From positions 66,216,001 through 66,280,000 of the forward strand of contig NC_043008.1 in NCBI RefSeq assembly GCF_006345805.1: 64,000 nt of DNA, given 5' to 3'. The notes under the pieces were generated by a model that was given only the letters and a program-made list of their open reading frames with translations, was not told where the DNA came from and made no database searches. Below, piece by piece: positions 25,596 through 38,439 of this stretch. How positions within the stretch are numbered: position 1 is the first letter of the stretch; the number at the start of each line of letters is the position of its first letter. Source of the DNA: Octopus sinensis (taxonomy: Eukaryota). Made by a program: the position numbers and the translations under genes.

Positions 25596-25944
25596 TATAT
25601 ATATCTTCCCGAATGACAAAGCAGTCGGCCACGATGTTGGTAAATTCTGAAATTCTTGATCAGTTTGCTTCGTCACTTCACTCTCAGGGGAATATATCGC
25701 TTCTTCTGGGAATTGTTTTACAAAGTAACTCTACAACACTCTTTGCTGGTTATGAGCGAGTTCTCTTCATATAAGGAATAGCAATTCTAGTACACAAACC
25801 TATAAAAATATTTGAAGACCATACTTATGCTTGTTTTGTGACAAAGTTAAAGTAACAACACCTTGCTAAAATGAATGAACTAAGTTAAAAGGTAAAATGG
25901 AATCTGTGCAGAAATTACTGCTCAAAAAAAAAAAAGACGACGAC

Positions 25945-27790
25945 TGCCAAATACGGTTCTGACATCAGGCCAGGTTATTATGAATTTGAAAGGTATATTT
26001 GGTCAAAAAATAGGTGGTACCACACCTATTCTTTCTAACAACGGGTTAAAGCTCTTAAGTAGCAAAGATGGAATTCTGAAAAGATGGACTGAACCCTTTA
26101 AATCAACAATCCACCACCGACCCTGAAGCTATCAATGAAATCCTTCAGATTCCTTGAGGAAGTTGCAGAAGATTCTTCCTTAGAAGAGATAAGTACTGCT
26201 ATCAAGAAACTTTCCAATTGTAAAGCTCCTGGACAAGATGACATTCTCAAAGAAGTGTACAAACATTTGTACTTCCGTTTGTCTGTCCTTGTTTGTCCCC
26301 TCTGTGTGTAGCCCCTTGTGGGCAGTAAAGAAATAAGAAGTGTACAAACATGGTGGTAAACAACTTGTAAAAAAGCTGCACAAATTTATCTATTTGAACT
26401 GGGAAACTGGATCTGTTCCCAAAAGTTTAAGGGGGAAGAAGTGTGTATGTGATAATCATGGGGGAATAAGTTTGTTGTGAATAGCTGGAAAAATTCTTGC
26501 GAGGGTGTTCCTTAATCGCATCAATAAGCATGTAGTAAACAGCATATATCCTGAATCCCAATGTAGATTTCGGGCTGGGAGAGGCACAGTTGACATGACT
26601 TTTGTCCTTCGACAAGTCCAAGAAAAATCACGAGAGCAAAATACTGTCTTATACATGATCTTTGTCGACTTGACTAAAGCCTTTGATACAGTGAACTGTG
26701 AGGTTCTCTGGAGAATTTTATCAAAAGTTGGTCTCCCTGGTAAAATGATATGGGTAATAGCATCTCTGCACAAAGAAATGATGGCAGCAGCAATATCTAA
26801 CGGTCGATGTTCAGAAGTATTTTCTGCTGCCACTAGAACCAAACAGGGATGTGTTTTAGCTCGTGTACTTTATTCCATATTATTTTCAATAATGCTCCGG
26901 CATGCTTTTAGGGATTACCACGAAGGTGTAAAATTCTAGTTTCGCACAGAAGGAGGTCTATTAAACCCGAAAGGGCGAAGTTTCAGATCAAAGAAAAAGA
27001 CTAAGGAAGAAATTCTACATGATTTTCTGCTTGCTGATAATTGAGTTTAATTTCTTATACATATGAGGGAATTCAGGAAACGGTCGACAGGTTTGCTACG
27101 GCTGCTTGTGCATTTGGACTGACTATCTTCATCAAGAAGATTGAAGTCTTATTCCAACCAAAGCCTGGAGCAAAACATACTGAAGGTTTATGTGCACTCA
27201 AGATAAGTGTATACAAATCTTGTGTTTTGAGCACACTTTTGTATGGGGCAGAAGTACGGACTTCTACTTTAGACATATAAAGAAACTGGAAACTTTTCAC
27301 ATGTTCTGTCTGAGCGATATCTGCAACATAGAATGACAAGATATCAAATTTCAAAATCTTACAAAAATGTGATATTTCCATTATCCGAAGCATGCTGTTG
27401 AGAATTCATTGCAAATTGGTAGGACATGTTCCAATGAAAAATTACTACATTCCGAAAATTCTTTTGTGTGATCAACAAGTAGAAGAATACCACGGTAAAG
27501 GAAGACCCGTCTTTTGGTGTACGGATAAGTTGAAGCAATCACTAAAGTACTCTAATCTTAATTTGACATTTTGGGAAAGTCATTACCTAGATCGATCTGC
27601 ATGGCGTAAAATGTGTCATGATGCATCAAAACAATTTGAATTGAAGAAACAGAACAATAAAGGAATAATATCAACGTTTGCCCAATTCCAAGCAAAATTA
27701 TAATCATCAGCGTCCCCAAAGTGACTTCATAGCAAAATCGATACTTGGACTTAAATTATATTCACACACCCATTGCAAATAGATGCAAAT
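25945..27790 (+). mobile_element. Decayed RTE/BovB-like LINE (RT domain, internally deleted)
   Basis: ORF 26505-26939 PESQCRFRAGRGTVDMTFVLRQVQEKSREQN...FVDLTKAFDTV...KQGCVLA; later LLADN, VYKSCVLSTLLYGAE, DRSAWRK. Confidence 0.9.
26267..26334 (+). mobile_element. 68-bp family B SINE 3' fragment with 17-bp TSD, inserted in the BovB-like RT
   Basis: aagaagtgtacaaacat at 26250-26266 and 26335-26351. Confidence 0.85.
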
Positions 27791-29029
27791 TCTTTTGTTT
27801 AAACTTAGGGGGTTTTTTTCCTCTTTTTCATTAAGGCAGCGAGCTGGCAGAATCGCTAGCACGTTGCACAAAATGTTTAACGGCATTTTGTTCATTTTTA
27901 TGTTCTGAGTTCAAATTCTGCAGAGGTCGGCTATGACTTTCATCCTTTCAGAGTCGATGAAATAAGTACCAGTCAACTACTAAGGTAATCAACTATTCCC
28001 CCTCCAAACTTCCGGCCCTGTACCCATATGAGAAACAACTGTTTTAATAGTATGATGATCAATGGGGCAATGGGGATGGCAGAAACGGTAGAGCACCAAA
28101 CAAACTACTTTGTGATTTTTGTGTAGGACTCTTTATGTTCTGAGTCTAAATGTCACCGCCAATTGACATTGTCTTTCATCCCTTTTAGGGTCAATTTAAT
28201 CTACTACAGCCCCTCCGAGCATGGATGGTATACACACAGCACTGCACTCCGTCTACCAAATCCACTCACAAGGCTTTGGTCGGCCCGAAGCTATAGTAGA
28301 AGAAACTTGCCCAAGGTGCCACACAGTGGGACTGAACCTGGAACCATGTGATTGGTAAGCAAATTTACTTTTATTTTACATTATGAATGAAATTTTAAGA
28401 GTTGATGTAGTTTATGCTTCAATCCGGCCCCCGTAATGTCAAACGGATTTGACACCCCTGGAGTAGACAGGCCCTTCATGCGCCTGGAGGTCGAGGATAT
28501 ATTCACTTAAATATAAAGAGACCTTGAAAAGTGAAAAAAATTAAGAATCATTACTCTTAATGCCTTCGTTAAAAATTTGCTGACCTCACCCGCAACTCTA
28601 TCGATTACCTCGTCGTTCTTCTAATCTACGATCTGTCTAATACTTCCAGCCACACCCATAGCATATCTACTAAATTACCACCACCACCACCACCACCAAC
28701 TACAACAACTACAACAACATCAGCAACAGTTCTCTGCTCCCACTGAAGAAAATAAAAGACGAGGAAAAGAAGAATTATCAGATCTAGCAAATTCAGAAGT
28801 TGTTTCGAATCATTCTTCACTAATGAAATAATGAAATAGTTGCACAGGAAATGGCAACAGGCCAACATATCTGACATTGCTTTGGCAATCCCCTCACCGT
28901 TTTTCAGAGTCTCTTGTATTCGCTTTCTCTGCATTTTACACACACACACACACACACAAGCAAGCAAGTATATATATACACACATATATATACATACATA
29001 TATATATAAGGTATATGTAATGTGTGTGT

Positions 29030-29500
29030 ATGTACATACATACATACATACATACATACATACATACATACATAAATGCATACATACATACATACATACA
29101 TAAATGCATACATACGTACATACATACATACATACATACATACATACATAAATGCATACATACATACGTACATACATACATACATACATACATACATGCA
29201 TAAATGCATACATACATACGTACATACATACATAACATACATACATAAGTACATACATACATACATACATACATAAATGCATACATACATACATAAATGC
29301 ATACATATATACATAAATGCATACATACATACGTACATACATAAATGCATACATACATACATAAATGCATACATACATACATACATACATAAATGCATAC
29401 ATACATACATAAATGCATACATACATACATACATACATAAATGCATACATACATAACTGCATACATACATAAATGCATACATACATAAATGCATACTTAC
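29030..29500. repeat. (CATA)n microsatellite with periodic AATG interruptions
   Basis: Direct observation; source of ORFs 28626-29510, 28904-29512 and 28936-29478. Confidence 0.95.
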
Positions 29501-29716
29501 ATACAAGCACACACGAGCGTCAGACTAATAATATTGATCGGGAACTAAATCCATGTTATTTTTTTTGTTATTCCTTATATTCTTTTCCTCTCTCTCGAAC
29601 TCGTGGTGGTGGTGGTGGTGGTGGTGGTTGGTGGTGGTGGTGGTGGTGGTGGTGGTGGTGGTGGTGTAAGTAGCCGTGGTGGTGGCAGTAGGGATGATGG
29701 TGGTCGTCGTGGTGAT

Positions 29717-29791
29717 GACGGGCATATGGCCGTAGTGGTTAAGAGCACAGGCTACTAACCCCAAGAGTCCAAGTTCGATTCCAAGCAGTGA

Positions 29792-29889
<98 letters not shown>

Positions 29890-30036
29890 TCGAAAAATAC
29901 CTTAGGAATGAGATCCCAGGTTCAGAATTTCCCCAAAACACCTGAAGAAGGCTGGAAGGTATATCAGCCGAAACATTGTGTTAACAACAAACAAGATGAG
30001 GACAAATATCCATCAAATGTAAATAATGTAAATAAT
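29717..30036 (+). mobile_element. tRNA-headed SINE containing (AAT)n and a hammerhead motif
   Basis: A box TGGCCGTAGTGG 29727-29738, B box GTTCGATTCC 29773-29782, (AAT)n about 29796-29886, HHR 29937-29982, (ATGTAAATA)2 tail. Confidence 0.8.
29937..29982 (+). ncRNA. Minimal type I hammerhead ribozyme (this copy has G16.2>A)
   Basis: aacac-CTGAAGA-a-ggctg(10 nt)cagcc-GAAA-c-att-gtgtt; stems I and II perfect; cATT would be cGTT before CpG decay. Confidence 0.7.
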
Positions 30037-30767
30037 ATATATATATATTACAGGCTTCTTTCAGTTTCCATCTAACAATATTCTGCAAGGACATGTCTGG
30101 GCATGGGGAAATATTACCTTACTTTAAAGCAGGTGAGAACTGGTAACAGGAAAGGCAGCCAGCCATGGAAAATGTGTCTCAATAAACTCTGACTGACCCA
30201 ACCATGCGTGGAAAAGTAGATGTTAAAACATGATGATGATAATGACAGCAACCACTTCTTCTCACTGAAGATGTGAACAATCATCAATCATTATTGTTGT
30301 TTAGTCCATCCTGATTGAGCAGATCTATGATTAAAAGCATTTCAGCCATGGCCTTAGTGCACCTATGATAACATTTGACCTCTAGATAAACTTTGTATTA
30401 AATCATGTAATGACAATAATTTCGATTAATTTTATATACTTACCTTGTTAAATCCCATTCTCTCTCTCTAGGTAACCATGTTCCTCTTCTTCAGCAGCAC
30501 ACCTGTTTCTGCCCTCGTTTTTGTTAACCCTTTCATTACTGTATTTATTTTGAGATTCTCTGTTTTTCTCTCAATTATTTTAAATATAACAAAGAATTTA
30601 CTAAAATAACTTAGTTGTCATTAATCTAGTGTTAGGAACATTAATTGTGACTAAGATTTGGTGAAAGATTTTAATTCAAAGCTTATAAAAACAAGACATT
30701 TGTACTACAGATCCAGAGCCAGTTTCAGCCAGGTTAGTAATGCTCCCTCTCTTTCTCTCTCTCTATC

Positions 30768-30845
<78 letters not shown>

Positions 30846-30999
30846 CTTCTATCTGGCTGTCTTAACCATGTACCTCCTCTGCAGCAAGGCATCTATTTCT
30901 GTCTCTGTGTCACACTTTAACCTTTCATCATCTGACACAAGATCACCTCCTCCAGTACCTCCTCCCCTCTCAAAGATTCCTTGTTACCAGATGTTACCA

Positions 31000-31296
31000 G
31001 ATGACCCTGCCAGTGCAGGTACCACTTAAAAAGCACGGAATCCACACTATAAAGTGGTTGGCATTTGGAAGGGCATCCAGCTGTAAAAACCTTGCCAAAA
31101 CTGACCTCACCTGTGCTTGTGCCATGTGAAAAGCACTCAGCCCACTCTACGGAGTAGCCTTAAAAAACAAAAACCATGCTATAACAGACACAGAAGCATG
31201 GCACAGGGTCCTGCCTAGCGAGTTCCTGTCAAACCATCCAACCCATGCCAGCATGGAAGGAGGATGTTAAACCATGATGCTGATGATACTGATGCA

Positions 31297-31331
<35 letters not shown>

Positions 31332-31332
31332 C
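31000..31332 (+). mobile_element. Older RTE 3' UTR copy (family C)
   Basis: ggaagggcatccagctgt...ccaacccatgccagcatggaa...(GAT)n. Confidence 0.7.
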
Positions 31333-31928
31333 AACTACTTCTCCATACAGAGGATGAGAACAATCAGTCATAAATGCTGTTTATTCCATCTCAGTTGAGC
31401 AGATCTATGATTGAGGGGCATCTTAGCTGTGACCATGATGTATCTAGCACTATATAATCCAATGTGTATTTCAATTTTTAAGATAGTAGGTCATAACTTA
31501 AGTGTGATTTGCCTGCCATTTCAAGTAGTTTAAGTGAAAATGTAAGACTCTGCCCGCACCCCCTAGGTTCATGATGTAAAGAATAAAACATAGAGTGTTC
31601 TTTTAATGTTAATGATTAATTCTGGAGCACCTTCTGATGTAATACAGATTTTTAATATCATATTATTCTTTTATTCTCATTTCAGTTATTTTGACTGCGG
31701 CCATGTTGGAGCACTGCCTTTAGTCGAGCAAATCGACCCCAGGACTTATTCTTTGTAAGCCTAGTACTTATTCTAGTGGTCTGTTATGCCGAACTGCTAA
31801 GTTACAGGGACGTAAACACACCAGCATCGATGTCAAGCGATGTTGGGGGACACAGACAAACAAACATATACACACACATACATATATATAAATATAAACG
31901 AGAAAAAAGCAACAAGAATGGATTAGTT

Positions 31929-32019
31929 TTTTAGTACAATTGTTTCATACAAAGACAGGCTTTATTAAAAGCTGCAAATATTGCAGCAAATACAAGTGTC
32001 CCATACTCATCAGCTAAAA
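31929..32019 (-). ncRNA. Type I hammerhead ribozyme, canonical core, long stem II
   Basis: Minus strand: ttttag-CTGATGA-gtatgggaca...tgtctttgtat-GAAA-caatt-GTA-ctaaaa; 6-bp stem I, palindromic ACAAUUGU stem III; carrier about 31898-32158. Confidence 0.85.
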
Positions 32020-32176
32020 CACATATGAGTTCTCCAAACATCTTAGTGGGTGAGGCTACACTCATGAAGTATCGGAGATAATTTCAGGTTGTAAGCGGAC
32101 TTCCAAAGTTCTTTAATGATGATGCACAGTCTTATCACAGGTTTTAAAAAAGCTTATTATATATATATATATATAT

Positions 32177-32547
32177 CATCATCATCATCATCATCCTTAT
32201 CCTCATCAAAATAAAAATAAAATGGAAATTGTAGTTAAGATACCCATGCCAGTGACACGTAAAAAGCACCATCCGAACATGGCTGATGCCAGCGCCACCT
32301 GACTGGCGTCTGTGTCGGTGACACGTAAAAGTACCAACCGATCGTCGCCATTTGCCAGCCTCCTCTGTTCCTTGTGCCGGTGGCACATAAAAAGCACCTA
32401 CTACACGCACGGAGGGCATCCAGCTGTAGAAACACTGCCAGATCAGACTGGAGCCTGGTACAGCCTCCTGGCTTCCTAGACCCCAGTCGAACCATCCAAC
32501 CAATGCTAGCATGGAAAACGGACGTTAAACGATGATGGTGATGATGA
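32177..32547 (+). mobile_element. RTE 3' UTR fragment bracketed by (CAT)n and (GAT)n within (TA)n
   Basis: Family C sequence ending ggacgttaaacgatgatg. Confidence 0.8.
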
Positions 32548-33187
32548 TATATATATATATATATACGACGAGTTTCTTTCAGTTTCCGTCTACCAAATCC
32601 ACTCACAAGGCTTTGGTCGACCTGAGGCTATAGTAGAAGACACTTGCCCAAGATATCCACAGTGGGACTGAACCTGGAACCATGTGGTTGGTTAGCAAGC
32701 TACTTACCATACAGCCACTCCTGCACCTTTGGAAGAACATCCATTATTAAAGACAAAATTTTTAGCTTACATTAGAAAGGAAATTTGCCAAGTTCATCGT
32801 TTGAGTTAAATAAATGCTTTATAAGAGACTTCTGGAAGTACTGTCTCTAATGAACTCATTAAGATCCTGCTTTATTAATTTGCACTTGAAGTTGGAAAAT
32901 GATATGTAATATTAATGGTAGTTTTAGATACTTTTTCAACAGGCTCCATACTGAGTTGTAATGGAGTTTTAGAATGGAATTACTACAAATTATATTACCA
33001 CCTAAAATATCAGAAACTCACTTTAATTATTAAGAAATACCTATTGCTGTTCTAAGGCATAAATAAAGAATTTTTCAATTGAAATTAAATACTGCTGAAT
33101 TCACAAATCAACATCATCATCACCATCATCATCATTATCATCATCATTATCACTAAGTAAAAAGTGAAAAGTAATAAGTATCTGATA

Positions 33188-33349
33188 GGCATAGGAGTGG
33201 CTGTGTGGTAAGTAGCTTGCTTACCAACCACATGGTTCCGGGTTCAGTCCCACTGTGTGGCACCTTGGGCAAGTGTCTTCTACTGTAGCCTCGGGCCCAC
33301 CAAAGCTTTGTGAGTGGATGTGGTAGACGGAAACTGAAAGAAGCCCATC

Positions 33350-33409
<60 letters not shown>

Positions 33410-33635
33410 ATATGTATGTATGTGTGTATATGTTTGTATGTCTGTGTTTGTACCCCCCAACATCGCTTGACAACCGATGCTGGTGTGTTTACATCCCCGT
33501 AACTTAGCGGTTCGATAGAATAAGTACTAGGCTTACAAAGAATAAGTCCTGGGGTCGATTTTCTCGACTAAAGTCGGTGCTCCAGCATGGCCACAGTCAC
33601 ATGACTGAAACAAGTAAAAGAGTAAAAAGAGTAGA
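33188..33635 (+). mobile_element. Family A SINE, full length
   Basis: Head, CORE region, central (TA)n, tail. Confidence 0.9.
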
Positions 33636-33829
33636 GAGACAGAAAAAGTGGTTGAAAGACATAGAAACTTCTCGAAATTGACATTATAAAATCAGAATAA
33701 AAACATACTGATTGCCAAGTTCATCGTTTGAACCAAATAGATGCTTTGTAAAAGACATGGAAGCAATATCTCTAATTAACTCACCAAAATCCAGTTTTAT
33801 CAACTTGTACTTCATCATCATCACCATCA

Positions 33830-34378
33830 TCATCATGTTCATTATCATCGTTTAATTTAACGTCCGTTTTCCGTGCTAACATGGGTTGGACTGTTCGACC
33901 GGGGATCTGGGAAGCCAGGAGGTTGCACCAGGCTCCAGTCTGATCTGACAGTGTTTCTACAGCTAGATGCCCTTCCTAATGCCAACGACTCCATGGGTGT
34001 AGTGGGTGCTTTTTACGTGCCACCGGCACAGGTGCCAAGGGAGGCTGGCAGCAACCATGATCAGTTGGTGCTTTTTACGTGCCACCGGCACAGAAACCAG
34101 TCAAGGCGGCGCTGGCATCAGCCATGTTCGGATGGTGCTTTTTACGTGCCGCCAGCACGGGTATCACAACTACAATTTTCTTTTCATATTTATTTTGATG
34201 TTGATGTACTTGACTCAATAGGTCTCCTCAAGCACAGCAGGTCATGTGCCACCAGTGCAGAAGCCAGACAAGGCGGCGCTGGCATCAGCCACGTTCGGAT
34301 GGTAGTTTTTACGTGCCACCAGCACGGGTATCACAACTACAATTTCCATTTCATATTTATTTTGATGTTGATGTACCT
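33830..34378 (-). mobile_element. RTE 3' UTR (family C) with internal partial duplication
   Basis: cgtttaa...cgtccgttttcc...ggatggtgctttttacgtgcc repeats. Confidence 0.8.
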
Positions 34379-34890
34379 GAAGTTAGGAAATTATATGTAA
34401 TTCTTATGGTAGTTTTAGATTCCTTTTATCCTCTAAAATATAGGAAATTCTATACTGTCATGCTAAATGTTTATGGAGTAATTAAATAAATAAGAGAGAA
34501 GGACATCCAGCATGCCTGCCTGCATGCAGCCGTAAAGGGCAGTCAATAACTTTCAAGGTTTCATCTCAGTTAAAATATTTGCTCATTTTGTCCTTTATTG
34601 AATTTAGTTCCAGTTTTATTTGGGGAATCAGTTAACATTGAGCATTCCTAATTACTTGTGCAAGTCAGTCCTTTACGCATTAGCATGCAGATTTCTCTGT
34701 CAAATATAATGCTTATTTATTCACATTGATTTGAATTAGTCAGGCATTTTATCTCATGGCTTTGAGATTTCAATAATGTGGATGTTTATTTTTTGAATGA
34801 TATTGCAGGTTAGATGTGAGAGACTATTGGATCTAGCTGATTTAAACATGAAACAGATAAGAGTATTCGATCCAGATATGGCTGGTTTAA

Positions 34891-35448
34891 CCCTTTTGTT
34901 ACTGTATTTCTTTTGAGATGCTCTGTGTTTCTCTCAATTACTAAGAGCACCATCTTAGTTATTCGGATGTGATCGTTGCCAGAGTGGCTAACTGGTGTTC
35001 GTGCCAGTGGTATGTAAAAAGCACCATTTGAGCGTGACCCTTACCAGCGTCAACTTACTGGCACTTGTGCCGGTGTGCAGGTGGCACGTAAAAAAAAGCA
35101 CAATTTTTTTGTGGCTGTTGCCAGTACCGCCTGACTGGCCCTCATGCCGGTGGCACGTAAAAGCACCCACTACACTCTCGGAGTGGTTGGCGTTAGGAAG
35201 GGCATCCAGCTGTAGAAGCTCTGCCAGATCAAGATTGGAGCCTGGTGCAGCCATCTGGTTTGCCAGTCCTCAGTCAAATCGTCCAACACATGCTAGCATG
35301 GAAAACGAACATTAAACAATGATGATGATGATGATATGGTAACAAAAGGATTAATTATGACAAAGATACTTCACTAAAGTCTTTATTATTTTCAGAATTA
35401 GTTGAAGCAGTAGCAGTATATTTTAACAGGAATATGGTAACAAATGGG
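34891..35448. mobile_element. piggyBac-like non-autonomous element with nested RTE 3' UTR (about 34985-35338)
   Basis: TTAA|CCCTTTTGTTAC ... GTAACAAATGGG|TTAA termini with TTAA on both sides. Confidence 0.55.
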
Positions 35449-35748
35449 TTAATTGGGAAATTAATTAAATTAAAACTATTCAACTTGTCATTAATACATC
35501 TTTTTTCTTTCTTTTATCTTTAATTTGTTTCAGCCATTAGACCATGGCCATTCTGGGGTACCGCCTTGAATAATTTTTAGTTGAATGAATCAACCTCAGT
35601 ACATATTTCTTTCCTTTTAAGCCTGCTACTTATTCTATTGTTTTCTTATGCTAAAGCACTAAGTTACAGGGACATAAACAAACCATCGCTAACTACGAGG
35701 GGGGGTGCAAACACACACACACATATGCAACAAGCTTCTTTCAGTTTC

Positions 35749-35967
35749 TTATTTCTTTATTGCCCACAAGGGGCTACACACAGAGAGGACAAACAAGAAC
35801 AAATGGATTAAGTCGATAATATCGACCCCAGTGCATAACTGGTACTTATTTAATCAACCCCAAAAAGATGAAAGGCAAAGTCAACCTCAGCAGAATTTGA
35901 ACTCAGAACATAGCGGCAAACGAAATACCGCTAAGCATTTCACCCGGCATGCTAACGTTTCTGCCAG
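35749..35967 (-). mobile_element. Family B SINE inserted into a family A SINE (about 35500-36115)
   Basis: 13-bp TSD ttctttcagtttc at 35736-35748 and 35968-35980. Confidence 0.85.
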
Positions 35968-36625
35968 TTCTTTCAGTTTCTGTCTACCAAATCCACTCAC
36001 AAGGCTTTGGTCAGATCAAGGCTATAGTAGAAGACACTTGCTCAAGGAGCCATGCAGTGGGACTGAACCCAGAACTATATTGTTGGGAAGCAAGCTTCTT
36101 ACCTCACAGCCACATCTAAAAAAAAAAAAATGAGGTTTCAAGGTCAAGGCATTTTCACATATAAAAGAGAATTACAACTAGATGGTCATGGCATTGACAT
36201 TTCTTCATTTGAGTATATTGAATTACACTAAATAAGTCAACAAAACGGAAAAAAAACACTTCATCAATAAAATGTCTGATTGGCTGGGAATCAAGTCTGA
36301 TGTTGCTATAGTGATTCCAATCTGTGTTAATATTGACAAACAATGGATAATATTCCACCAAACCAGAACCACTAAGATTACCATTGATAATAAAAAAAGA
36401 AATTATTATTGACAGGAAAAAGCAATGTGGCTATTGTCAATCAGGTTAAGTAAAATATCTTGGAATTCATATTGTGGGAAATTACTATCAAAAACATCTC
36501 AGATAAGTTGTTGTGGTTGTTATTGTGGTAAATAATAATTTTCTTGACTATTAAGCTAATCTCTCTTATGTTTATGGTAAATATACATACATACACACAT
36601 GCACACACATACACACACACAAACA

Positions 36626-36662
<37 letters not shown>

Positions 36663-38028
36663 CATCATCATCATCATCATCGTTTAATGTCCGTTTTCCG
36701 CGCTAGCACAGGTTGGACAATTCGACCGGGGTCTGGGAAGCCAGGGGCTGCACCAGGCTCCAGTCGGATCTGGCAGTGTTTCTACAGCTGGATGCCCTTC
36801 CTAACGCCAACCACTCCGTGAGTGTAGTGGGTGCTTTTTACATGCCACTGGCACAGGTGCCAGGGGAGTCTGGCATCGGCCACGATCGGTTGGTGCTTTT
36901 AACGTGCCACCGGCACGGAAGCCAGCCAAGGCGGTGCTGGCATCGGCCACGTTCGGATGGTGCTTTTTATGTGCCACTGGCACAGAAGCCAGTCGAGGCG
37001 GCGCTGGCATTGGCCACGTTCGGATGGTGCTTTTTATGTGCCACCAGCACAGAAGCCAGTCGAGGCGGCGCTGGCAACGGCCACATTCAGATGGTGCTTT
37101 TTATGTGCTACCGGCACAGGTATCACAACTACTATTTCCATTGATATTTATTTCGATGTTCATGTTCATGTACTTGACTCAACAGGTCTCCTCAAGCACA
37201 GCGGGATGTTCTGGACTCCAAGGTACTTTGAATGGGCAGGGGCTATGCGGAACTGGTGCAGGAAGCAGCCCGGGTCTTTGCAGTCACAGCATATCTCCAG
37301 AGATCTCAGTCCTTTGCCATTGCCTCAGTGAGGCCCGGTGCAGGAAGCAGCCCGGGTCTTTGCAGTCACAGCATATCTCCAGAGATCTCAGTCCTTCGCC
37401 ATTGCCTCAGTGAGGCCCAACACTCTGAGGTCATGCTTGACTACCTCATCCCATGTATTCCTGGGTCTACCTCTCCCCCTGATTCCTTCAACTGTTTGGG
37501 AGTGGCACTTCTTCACACATCTCTCCTCATCCATCCGCAGTACATGACAATACCATCGCAAGCGTCACTCTTGCACACCACATCTGATGCTTCTTATGTC
37601 CAACCTTTCTCTCAGGGTGCTTACACTCTGCCATGCATGCACACTGACATTACACATCCAGCAGATCATGCTAGCTTCATTTCTTTCAAGTCTACGCATG
37701 TCCTCTGCAGTCACGGCCCATGTTTCACTACCGTGAAGCATGGCAGTTCGCACAAATGCATCATACAATCTGCCTTTCACTCTGAGCAAGAGACCCTTTG
37801 TCGCCAGTAGGGGCAAGAGCTTTCTAAACTTTGCCCAGGCTATTCGTATTCTAGTGGTGACACTCTCTGAGCATCCACCTCCACTACTAACTTGGTCACC
37901 CAGGTAGCGGAAACTATCGACTACTTCTAGTTTCTCCCCCTGGAGTGTGATGGAATCTGTTTTCTGAGTATTTGTGGTGTCTATTGTCCCTGTGCATCTG
38001 CCGCACATGAAAGCTATCTTATCAGTTC
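36663..38028 (-). mobile_element. 5'-truncated RTE LINE: ORF C-terminus, ~650-bp 3' UTR and (GAT)n tail; (TA)n on both flanks
   Basis: ORF 37565-38008 (VDSFRYLGDQVSSGGG...AWAKF...LHGSETW), continuing past stops to GRGRPRNTW; 82-bp tandem duplication 37255-37418. Confidence 0.92.
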
Positions 38029-38399
38029 TATATATATATATTGTGGGGTGGGGGGTAGGTGTGTCTATTTATTATTATTATTCTATGTTTGACTTTTGCT
38101 TTATATTTGTACAAGTTGGCTCCAAGTCTCACCCTGAGACCTCAAGAGACAACAGGTTGGAAGTTTGTGATGTTGTGATGCCTAGTGTGCCATATATTTG
38201 GTTTTGTATTTAGTATTGTATTAGTGAATCTCAAAAAAAAAAAACGAAAATTATGTTTGTTTTAAAACTTGAGATTACATAGAAAGTATTTAGTGTAGGA
38301 TATGAGCAGTTCCCATGAGCACTATCTTTTGAATTTCTGCCATTTTGGGGTTTCCTGGTATCTGAGTTAGGTAGCGATCAGCCCCTTTTGCTATCATTC

Positions 38400-38427
<28 letters not shown>

Positions 38428-38439
<12 letters not shown>

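Larger units (their letters stand above)
31675..32727 (-). mobile_element. Family A SINE split at its central (TA)n by two nested insertions
   Basis: 3' half about 31675-31897, 5' half 32566-32727; the HHR carrier and an RTE tail lie between. Confidence 0.85.

Noticed and set aside
28626-29512. Long ORFs (294, 202, 180 aa) on the minus strand
   Set aside because: Almost entirely (TATG)n read-through; the non-repetitive tail matches nothing I recognise
29717-29795. tRNA-like heads (also 4548, 6482, 12810-12888) as tRNA genes
   Set aside because: No complete cloverleaf or acceptor stem; each continues into a SINE body
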